Source of the DNA: Octopus vulgaris
Lineage: Eukaryota
Length of the DNA: 64,000 nucleotides
Reading direction: 5' to 3'
NCBI GenBank assembly: GCA_951406725.2
Contig: OX597815.1
Location: 196,044,001-196,108,000 of the forward strand
Shown here piece by piece: positions 53,171 through 64,000 of the stretch (positions are counted from its first letter, which is position 1; each line of letters starts with the position of its first letter). The position numbers and the translations under genes were made by a program. The notes beneath the pieces were generated by a model that was not told where the DNA came from, ran no database searches, and was given only the letters and a program-made list of their open reading frames with translations.

Positions 53171-54168
53171 TGCATAAACTAAGCTCCATTAAGTTTTCCT
53201 ATTGATTTTATTGATCGAAATATTGATTTTTCTCTCTGTGGTATTAGTAATATATGCAACTTGCTGGCGATAAATTCCCGACACATTCAGCTTTTCGTAT
53301 GACACTTCAATGCTCGAAGTTTAACATAACAAACACCACGGCCGCCACCGCCACCGCTACCACCACCATGACTATCTCTTAATAACTTCCGACTACTACT
53401 ATTATCCACAATGTAAATGAAGGAGTCTCATTCAGGGTGATAGCTGAAATTTTCTAGAAAGAGCAGTGGAATCCTCCTCACAACATCCGACCTCTCTTTA
53501 AAACGGGCTGATATTATAAATAAATAAGACACAATTTTTATGGCTAGAAGGCTGTTGGTGCTAGTTCTACTTGATCGAGGCTGAAATGAGACTAAAAAGC
53601 AATTATCAATATTTTTTTCTATTTTAGGTTAAGGGCAGCAGTTGTGACAGCTTGGGGATACAATTAACCCTGTACTTGATCGGTAATTTATTTATCGATC
53701 ACGTGGGTAGAGGAATAATAATAAATAAAAAAAAAAACGATGGCTTCGGTGTGAGTATTCTGACATATCAATACTACGGTTGCGAACAATAGTTGCAACT
53801 ATTATAATAGTTTGTCGTCGGGACTTCCTACACGTGCTGTTTCTAACAACTAGATTGAACAGTCAATTGTACTATGCTGTCAGTAAAGAGGGCACGTTCG
53901 ATAATATAACATTGACGTATCTTCATATATAGAGAATAAAAAACCAAATGATCAGGCCTGGAATGTGACAGTCAAAATAAACATCTACGACTAGATTTTC
54001 TCGATCCGCTATACTTATAATTAAGACGTAATGGTCACGTGTTAGATATTTATCCCTGCATTTTAACTCAGGGATAAATATCTAACACCAGACCCCAATG
54101 CGATCAGAAAATACTCACGACTACAAACACGACGACCACCACCAACAACACCTATCCAACTGCCAAAA

Positions 54169-54243
<75 letters not shown>

Positions 54244-54525
54244 AAAAACAAACAAAGAGATAGAGAGTGGGCACTTTGCTCTCATAGATTTTCCTTTTGC
54301 CGAGGTTACCGCGGTTATTTTTCGTAGGTTTTTCTTTCCACGGATAACTCGAATCAATGTTATATCTTTTTCCCCTTTTGGGAATACAAATCATTAAAAA
54401 AAACCTCAACTTGTTATCTATTTGTGTATTAATCCTCACCCCGCAAAACCCTTTTGATCGATTTTGGGAAAGAAAATTTCTACATTGTTTTGTCCCCTCT
54501 ATGTTAAGTCTGAGTGGCTAAATAA

Positions 54526-54583
<58 letters not shown>

Positions 54584-55677
54584 TCACTGCAAGTACCACA
54601 AACCCCATTACTACACGGCAACTACTGTCACACTTGGTTTCACTTCAATGATCACTATATGACCAATAATACTACTGTACAACCACAACCGGCACCAACA
54701 CCAAAGCAAGTACAGTCTATCACACTTCTGCTGCTGTGACCACTCCCCTTCTCTACCTCCATTCCTCCTCCCTCAACTACTCTTTTCACTTTCCCTCCTC
54801 CTTCTCTTCCTCTTCCTCCTCCATACGCTGCTTCTGATACCACCACCACCACCACCGCCACCACAGTAGTAGTAGTAGAGGTAGTAGTAGTAGAGGTAGT
54901 AGTAGTAGTAGTAGTTTTAGTAGAGGTAGTAGTAGTAGTAGTAGTAGAGGTAGTAGTAGTAGTAGCAGTATTAGTTGTAGTAGAGGTAGTAGTAGTAGCG
55001 GCAGTAACAATAATATCACTATAACCCTACCTGTTCAATGACTGACCTACTAGAAATAACAGCAACCTATTCATTCAATTACACTGTCTACCTTAAAAGC
55101 AAGATCATACACATCCGTGTCTTCCATCTATTTCATTATATATTGCCTGAGAGATACACAAAAAATAATTATGGAAAGGTCCAAGCTGGAGCATATTGCA
55201 CGCTAACTAACCATTCTTTTTATGCTGCCATTCACTCTTAATTTCTCTAGTTATCCATTCTGGTTTTCTTTGTACATTCTTTCGTACCATTACATAGGTT
55301 CCCCACCTCTCTCTCCCTCTCACTTCTCTTTGCTTGATATCCTTTCATTTTTAATTAGCATGGCATACATACACACACAAACACACACTTGCATACAAAT
55401 TAAAAGTAAACTTTGTATACACATAGTCTCTCTTCACACACAAACACAGAAGTACGTAATGATGCTGGTATACTTACACACGATCACTCTTCTGCTTTAA
55501 TATTTTTCTCAGTAAGACCGTCGATTCATTTATTTCATATTCTCAAGAGGGAGTTCTTGCTTTCGTAATTGCTGGGATAATATCAGACTCCATCTCATAC
55601 GGGAGACGCTATGCAAAATACACACGTGAAGTAGTTCCCTCGGCTCTTAATCGACGTTCCCATCTTATCTTTATATA

Positions 55678-56063
55678 TGGCTCTGTGGTAAGAAGCTTGC
55701 TTCTGAGCCACATGGCTTCGGGTTCAGTCCCACTGCGTGGCACTTTTAACAAGTGCCTTCTTCTATAGCCTCGGGCCGACCAGACCCATGTGAATGGATT
55801 TTGTTGACGGAAACTGAAAGAAGCCCGTTGTGTATATATATATGTATGTATATAGCTATATGTGTGCCTTTGTGCCTGTGTTTGTCTCCCCACCACTATC
55901 AGCGCTTGACAACCGGTGTGAGTGTGTTTATATCCCTGTAATAGCGGTTCGGCAAAAGAGACCGATAGACTAAGTAGTAGCCCGGGTGTCGATTTCTTTC
56001 ACTAAATCCCCTCGAGATGGTGCTCCAGCATGTCGAATGATTGAAACAAGTAAAGAAATAAAA
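55678..56063 (+). mobile_element. SINE family A (diverged)
   Basis: Homology to other A copies. Confidence 0.8.
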
Positions 56064-56085
56064 GTATATCTATCTGTCTATCTAC

Positions 56086-56149
<64 letters not shown>

Positions 56150-56571
56150 GTGTGTGTATGTATCTATATATAAACGTATATATAATATAATATAACATAA
56201 CAGACACACACACACACACACACACTCACATATATATATCAAAAGGATGTCAGACCTACATTTCAAGGATTTTGTCGTATATAGTCTCCGAGCCGAATAA
56301 GCCCTGCGTGTGAATTTGGTGTACAAAAATCCGTGGAAGGTTGTCATATGTTTGTGTGTGTGTTCCTGCTTTTCTCTCCCCCGCAGCTTAAAAGCCGCTG
56401 TTGCTTTGTTCATCTTCCTGTGACATTAATGGTCCAACAAAAGAGACGAACGGAATAAATATAGGACTTATAAAATAAGTATTGGTATCGATTTGTTCGT
56501 CTAAACTCTCCGAGACGCTTTTTCAACATGGCCGTAATCCAATGAGTGAAGGCAGTGATAAAGAAAATGAC

Positions 56572-56624
<53 letters not shown>

Positions 56625-57131
56625 CAATTGAGGATAAAATCTTTAAAAGAAATTATCAGTAGTCAGCGTGAAAAACCTCGTAAGAGAAAAAATCCGTAAA
56701 TTCTTCCTCTTTGAAAATATTCATTTATATTATATTGAGGGTACTACTATTCGTAGATACCAACACGCTAAGAGGGACCAATGCGGTCAAAACTACTAAA
56801 AATAAACAAAATTTTACCGAATGCAAAACTTCAAAACACATCATTTTAAAAAAGAATTCAGTTACATATCACATGTGATTTCGCATTTAATGCAATATAT
56901 ATATATATATTAAATACTATTATTAAGTACTGTTATTATAATTTACAGAACTGTTAAAATCCATACCGCTTACCAAAAACGATCGCTGAAAAACAAAATA
57001 TATATATATGGATTTTAACAATTCTGTAAATAATAATAATAGTAATTAATAAGCTTAAAGCTTATAAGCGGTCACCGTGCAGTGACTAAAGAAAATAACC
57101 TAATAATGGGACGGAAAAAAGTAGTTTTTAC

Positions 57132-57206
57132 GGTACCCGTGGGACGCGAACTCGCATTTCTTTGTTCTCGCGACAAGTGTGCTAACTATTTACATCAACG
57201 TCAGAC
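57132..57206 (-). pseudogene. Degenerate tRNA-like sequence with T6 terminator
   Basis: B-box-like gagttcgcgtccc, anticodon-arm-like ttgt-7nt-acaa, T6 about 12 nt downstream; acceptor stem not intact. Confidence 0.45.
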
Positions 57207-59004
57207 TTAAGAGCTATAATTAGTTTCTTAGTGCTGTTCTTGTAAACAAACTTCATGTGCTGTTTCTGCGATGGTTTTTTTTGGTAAGCAGCGACGATTT
57301 TTACTTGTTTTTTTTAACAAATACTAACAATAGCATTTTATACGCTTAAAGCTTATAAAACGATCACCGGGCAAGGACTAAAGAAAATAGTCTAATAATG
57401 GGGCATATAAGCCCTCAGTAGCAAAAAAGTAGGTTTACCCGTACAAATATATATACTTGTATATGTCTATGTGACCGGATTGCTATCGTATTTGTATTGA
57501 ATATGACGAACACTCCCCTGAAGTAGTTTCTCCCAACAGTATTGTAGAAACTCATATTACCTGTTTTTCTGTCTACCAGATACTAGTTTTTTTAAATATA
57601 TTCTCTCATTCTGTCTCTCACCTGTCTAATACCTTGCCTGTCTGTCTGTCTGTATCAATCTGTGTCAGTCGATCTCTCTTTTTCTCCCCTCACCTTCGTT
57701 TCTCTGTCTCTCTGTCTGTCTTTCTCTCTTCTGTTATGTTTTCCGATAATGTTCTTGTCCTAGCTTCAAACTTTCTGTCTCTCGTTAATTACCACGCCCC
57801 TCATCCCTTTGTCTTTATCATAAACTGTTATTATTTTATCACACATTCGCGCTTTCACTTCACACCAAAAAATAGATAGATTGATTGATTGATAGAAAGA
57901 TAGATATATACACCTCACAAACCCACACCCACAGACAGACATACACACACACACACATATCACATTTCTTGCAATTTTATGAATTTTCACTATTTCGCTT
58001 TTTCTTTTACATTTTACGCGCTGTTGCTTCCTAACTTTTTTTTTACCATAAGTTTTATTGTTCTTTATATAAATTTTACATGTGATATTGTATTTTGTGA
58101 ATAATATCGTTGTTGACACCTCAAACATAAGATATTCGCTTCCATTACATAAAAATATTTTTTTGTGTGGAAAGTTATAATTTTAAATTTCAATAAAACT
58201 AGAATATTTATTACGAGTACATTACATGATCTTTAAAACAATATAATAATAAAGGAAACTTAAGCTTACTATCTTATTTGTTTGAAATGAAACTTTTCCT
58301 TCAGGTTGTCGACGTTAACTTTGCAAAAATTGTAATTTAATCAATAATACAGCCTTACGATATATGTAAAAGACAGAAAACGGTGAAGTTATTGTGATTC
58401 GTTTTATTAAAAATGGTTTTGACTTCAGGCAATAACGAAACATCAGTCATAATTCTCGTAGTCGTTTTTGTTTGTCTATTTTTCCTGTATCGTAAATACT
58501 AAATCCTCTTTCCTCCAAAATGAAAATGGGCATGGTAACAATAGCACTCTCGTCACTTGTGATGAATTTGTTTATTCGCTTTGGTTTCATCGCACAGCAA
58601 CATCTTGGTTTATTTTCATTTTGGATAGAGCTTTAAAAGATTCAATTTGTATTTTAGACAATTCTTTTTCGTATTCTGCGTCCGCTTCAATTAAGTTCAC
58701 TCCGTAATTGCTGAGTAAACCACGATGGAAACCTTACTTCCTTTAGCCAGTACAGCGTGGTTATTTTCTTTTGATATAATTCCAGATTGTTTTGAAGCCA
58801 AGTTTTTCTTTGAATCAACGAGAGACCATGATTGCTCATTGCATATTTAATATATTTTAATTTTTTGCCAAAAAAATATCTATAAATTCTCCATAGCTTA
58901 TCCATCAAAATTCTAACAGAAGCTTTTCGTTTCAGTTCACCTTTCAAAAGAGATACAAAAAATTATATTCTTAGTATTTCTATGAATCTTTTTAGCGAAT
59001 TTCC

Positions 59005-59410
59005 AGATCTTTTCGGTTTGAACAGCAGTTTTTCCTAGCGGTGTCATATGAAATTGTCACCCATAATTATGACCCTAGTATCGATCTATTGCATTTCAAT
59101 CTATTTTAGGGTTAGGGTTAGTGTTAGGGTTAGGAAGGGTATCTTTTTTTCTTCACAAATGTAAATAAACCCAATCTATTTCTTAAACGAGGGACTTATT
59201 CATACGGCACAGAATGTTCTTTTACCTCAATAGACGTCATTGATTGGTTGAAATTGCAGAAATTGAAGAAAAAACAACAACACATATCTTACAAACTATA
59301 GAATTTTCTCAATAAAGCCAAGAGAAAAAGGTATACAAGTATACGAAGTTTAAAATTTTTTAGTTACCTAGAAATTATGTTAAAAACTGCCGTTCAAACC
59401 GAAAAGATCC
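59005..59410. mobile_element. MITE related to 45112-45382, carrying TTAGGG repeats
   Basis: TIR (g)gatcttttcggtttgaacRgcagttttt; TSD gaatttcc/caatttcc; ttaggg units near 59107-59135. Confidence 0.88.
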
Positions 59411-60150
59411 CAATTTCCTTATGAAAGCAAACTAACGTTAGTACAAAGCCATGACCTTACACGGTTTATATTTTTAACCCACATAACTGTTTAAAGAAAC
59501 ACGTTTAACATTAACTTTAATGATGGTAATATATATAGTATGAATGAATTCAGTAGCATATTTTTAAAACAGGTGAAATGTTTACAGCTACTAAATTTTC
59601 ATTGGCAGTGACATAGTGCCCTGGCAACATTCTCTGAATGTCATTATCCATCAACAAGGAAGCAGCCGTTTTTCTAGCCAATCGCAACATGGGAAAAATC
59701 TGCACACAAAATACTATGCTTTCCACAAGTGTTTTTTATTTATTTCCATACAAAGAGTTTTAGCGTTTATTTCAGTTATGAATGTTACTTCCTAACTGAG
59801 GTCGCTAACGACTCTCAAAGCCTCGTAAATTCATTCTTCGCGATCAGTGTAATCTCACGTATACGAACAATAGAAATTCCCTGTGAGTGTCCTTCACTTA
59901 AATCGTTGAATGAGAGTACAATATCTCTACGCAACTCATCAATTTTGCTGCAAACATGATTCTTATTGGCATGTCGTTGAAAGTTTCATCGTTCTCCTTG
60001 GGAACCGTGTTTAGAAATCGTGCGTTGCCGGCTTAAAATCCTAGCCTACACCATCAGCCATTCGGGGTTTTGATAACAGTGACGAAATTTCAGAAGTTAC
60101 TGTAGAAGCAGATTATTAATTCCATTTTGTGTAAAGAAAAATATTTCAGT

Positions 60151-60394
60151 GCGAGCTGGCAGAAGGCGACGAGTTGGCCGAAACGTTAGCGTGCCGGGCG
60201 AAATGCTTATCGGCATTTCGTCTGCCGTTACGTTCTGAGTTCAAATTCCGCCGAGGTCGACCTTGCCTTTCATCCTTTTGGAGTCGATAGATTAAGTACC
60301 AGTTACACACTTGGATCGATGTCATCGACTTAATCCCTTTGCCTGTCCTTGTTTGTCCCCTCTATGTTTAGCCTCTTGTGGGCAACAAAGAAAT
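60151..60394 (+). mobile_element. Meta-domain SINE
   Basis: Homology; duplicated 5' gcgagctggcag; TSD-like aagaaaaatat..ttcagtg. Confidence 0.9.
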
Positions 60395-60624
60395 AAGAAA
60401 AATATTATTTCAGTGTCGATATATTTTAGCATATATTTGACTGTTATAAAATATTCCAGTTCTGAATTTACACAAAAACTTTATCATATGTTTTTGTAAA
60501 AAAATATCACAGTTCTTTAGGTTGTATGCCAGAACATTCTAATAGTTGTTATAAAATCCGATCGTGTGACACAATGGTCATGTGTCTCCTGTGATTCATG
60601 AAACAACAATCAGTAAATACAGTT

Positions 60625-60737
60625 CTAAAAGATGAGGAATTATGTACATTATTTACATTATTTACATTTGACGGATATTTGTCCTCATCTTGTTTGTTGT
60701 TAACACAACGTTTCGGCAGACATACCTTCCGGCTCTC

Positions 60738-60740
<3 letters not shown>
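60625..60740 (-). mobile_element. Family E tail, truncated within the HHR core
   Basis: GATGA..gccGAAACGTTGTGTT..caaacaagatgaggacaaatatccgtcaaatgtaaata matches 19327-19408. Confidence 0.85.
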
Positions 60741-60810
<70 letters not shown>

Positions 60811-60817
60811 CTTATCT

Positions 60818-61126
60818 CTTTTACTCTTTTAATCTTTTACTTGTTTCAGTCATGTGACTGTGGCCATGCTGGAGCACCGCCTTTAGTCGAGCAAATCGAC
60901 CCCAGGACTTATTATTTGTAAACCTAATACTTACTCTATCGGTCTCTTTTCCCGAACCGCTAAGGTTGCCAAGCGATGTTGGGGGGACAAACAGACACAC
61001 AAACATATGCACACATACATATATATATATATACATATATACGAGGGGCCTCTTTCAGTTTCCGTCTACCAAATCCACTCACACATGGATGGTAAGCAAA
61101 GTACTTACCAGAGAGCCACTCCTACG

Positions 61127-61129
<3 letters not shown>
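60818..61129 (-). mobile_element. SINE family A (deleted)
   Basis: Homology to other A copies. Confidence 0.85.
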
Positions 61130-61164
<35 letters not shown>

Positions 61165-61186
61165 CATACATACATACATACATACA

Positions 61187-61217
<31 letters not shown>

Positions 61218-61651
61218 GACGACCTGCTTTAACACCCAAAAATTGAAAAGCTTGTACGAAACAGTCACATATGAATTTCATTGTACAATTTTTAAACTCA
61301 CCCCCACAAATATTCAAATTGCAACCCTGTGGGGGTGCGCCCCACATTGGGAATCACAGCTCTGAGACTTCTATAGACACATTGATATTTCTATCAACTG
61401 ACACACATGCACAACTTCAAATGAACGCAACCATACACACATCTACCATTTCGTCTCTATTTCCTGTTTCTTACGGCCTCATACTCACTCCTCTCACCCG
61501 CGCACATGCAAATATCTACGGACGTAGAAATACCATCAGAGATATCTGTACTTACATATACAATCACAATATAGGGAACACATATACTCACACACTTCGC
61601 ACTCTTACTAACACCTCTGCTTTCTTAGTCAGACACACACACTGTACTCAG

Positions 61652-61706
<55 letters not shown>

Positions 61707-61711
61707 CATAT

Positions 61712-62121
61712 CTCTTTTGCTTCTTTCAGTCATTTGACTGTGGCCATACTGGAGCACCGCCTTTAGTCGAGCAAATCGACCCCAGGACTTATTCTTTGTA
61801 AGCCTAGTACTTATTCAATCGGGCTCTTTTGTCGAACCGCTGTTACAGGGACGTAAACACACCAGTATCGGTTGTCATGCGACGTTGGGGGAACAAACAG
61901 AGACACACAAACATAAACACACAAATACATACATACATAGATATATATACATATACATGACGGGCTTCTTTCAGTTTCTGTCAACCAAATCCACTCACAA
62001 GGCTTTGGTCAGCCCGAGGCTATAGTAGAAGACACTTGCCCAAGGTGCCCCGCAGTGGGACTGAACCCGGAACCATGTGGTTGGTAAGCAAGCTACTTAC
62101 GACACAGCTACTCCTACGCCT
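61712..62121 (-). mobile_element. SINE family A
   Basis: Homology to other A copies. Confidence 0.9.
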
Positions 62122-62934
62122 ATATAGCCAAGCATTCCCATTAACATAGATTTAGGCTTACTATTTCACTTTTCCTCACCCAAATTTTCACTTTTTGGTT
62201 TAATGTACATACATATCTATTCAGTCATGTGAACGTGTTTGTAAATACAAACACATACACACTCTTCCTCTCTCTCTTTGTCTCTCTTTGTCCTATTCTC
62301 AGTTTCTCTTTCACTCAAAATTTGCTCTATTTTAATACATTCTCATTAAAGCATACATCCATATTCACATATTGTGGCAGTTACTCACTCACACATATAT
62401 ACAGTGTTAATTACAGGCACATGAAATCACAGTATATCAAATTCTCACATAAAAAAAAAAGAAACAAAAATCTTTCTCGTACTGCTTTCTTCTCTCAATC
62501 ATCCCCCATGTCTTGTGTATGTATGCCATGAAAAAAAAAAAAAAACTAAAAATTTTAGTTCATGGAGTAGCTCTTAGCAACTATTCTTTTAAGCTATTGT
62601 GCATCATTGTTTCATTTTTTAGCCGACAAGACTTGCCTTCTCAGGATGCGGTTTCCTCCCAAGAGAACACCAGACTTTAGTGAATAAACCATGCGCCCAC
62701 ACGCACACATTCTCAATACCCGTACGCTCACAGGCATACACGCATACATCTATATAAAATAGGTCTTAACTAGAACATATCTGATGTTCAATGCGATACA
62801 GGTTTACACGAATAAGTATATTATATATCTGTGTGTGTGTGTGTATGGGTGTGTATATGTGTGTGTTGTATGTGTAGATAGATAAATATATATATACATA
62901 CATACTTATATACATACATTTTTTTAAATATGTG

Positions 62935-63125
62935 ACAGTGTGTGTATTGTTGGCGATTTTCTTTCTCCGACTTTTCCTTTTTTTCTATATTTCTGACGAA
63001 GAGCTCCGCTCGAAACTTTAAATCCTCCTTCTTTCCTTCCTTTCCTGAGCGTCCAATAATACTATACTTGTTCCACGTCCTCGCGTTGTTGTGTTTTCTC
63101 TTTGTTCATGTTTGGATTAACTATA
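62935..63125 (+). mobile_element. Short TA-adjacent element with HHR-like motif (62989-63023)
   Basis: ATTT-CTGACGA-a-GAGC(tcc)GCTC-GAAA-C-TTT-AAAT; homologous to 41903-42110. Confidence 0.7.
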
Positions 63126-63184
63126 TATATGAATTTTTTGTGTAATGAGATAAAAAAAAAACAAGGCTGTATATATATTAGAGC

Positions 63185-63240
<56 letters not shown>

Positions 63241-64000
63241 ATATTTCAACCATATTTACCAGGCACAAACCACATATGATAACGAACTAAAACAGATTAG
63301 TAGCACATAAAGACATGTATTGTGTCCTTTAAATAAATAATATTTATATCTCACCAAATGGAGTACATTTTTTGTTGATCTGTCTATCATAGAACAGTAC
63401 ATCCCCCCCACCCGCACACACACACACATTGATTTAATAAGAGAAATGATGTGAGTGAAGAAATGTTTATCCTGTTAGCTGACAGCTGTTTCGCAATCTA
63501 TGTTAACAACGCTATATTATCCGTCACACTGTGTCGTTATAAGACAATCAGGCTATACTTTAGGACATTTCATCGCAGGTTAAATCACCAGACTCTGCTA
63601 TACATAGCAAATAGTTTCCCTATTTAGTCACAGGCAATTGATATATTGGGGAGATTTCATTCCTTATAAACACTAGAATTACCATATATAGGATGCACTA
63701 ATATTAACAAAGACGGTAAAAGAATAAAATAAAATAGAAATTGAAAAAGTAATAAGAAAATAATTCTATCATTAAAAAATTTTAGCCGACCATCCCGTAG
63801 TATTTAAATGAATAAACTTTATGTTGAAATATAGAGAATAAGATAAACAAATGGGTAAATAAACAAATAAATAGAATGAAAATATGGAGAGGATATAAAA
63901 AAAACTGATAATGTTTAAAGATCAAGATAGGAAGGTAGGCTTGTTTGAGACTAGGCGCATGGCCAAACAGTCTGAAAATTCGGAAATTACCCACGGCAGA

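Overview
AT-rich, repeat-saturated, apparently intronic/intergenic eukaryotic DNA. The SINE repertoire and microsatellite density suggest an octopus (coleoid cephalopod) genome; this is inference, not checked. No intact protein-coding gene is supported; most listed ORFs are microsatellite or SINE translation artefacts. Contents: about 35 tRNA-derived SINEs in five families (Meta-domain, CORE-like, a modular head/tail family, a microsatellite-containing family, a hammerhead-tailed SINE), three 3' RTE-LINE fragments, a non-autonomous Helitron, several MITEs (one carrying TTAGGG repeats) and a mariner relic. The main unexplained signal is about 15 minimal type-I hammerhead ribozyme (HHR)-like motifs with palindromic stem III, in short or fold-back elements abutting (TA)n tracts. 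They resemble Penelope-like element termini. Three carry the compensatory U3-A8 core (UUGAAAA), and one sits in the tail of a tRNA-headed SINE. All alignments and folds were done by eye, and element boundaries are approximate.
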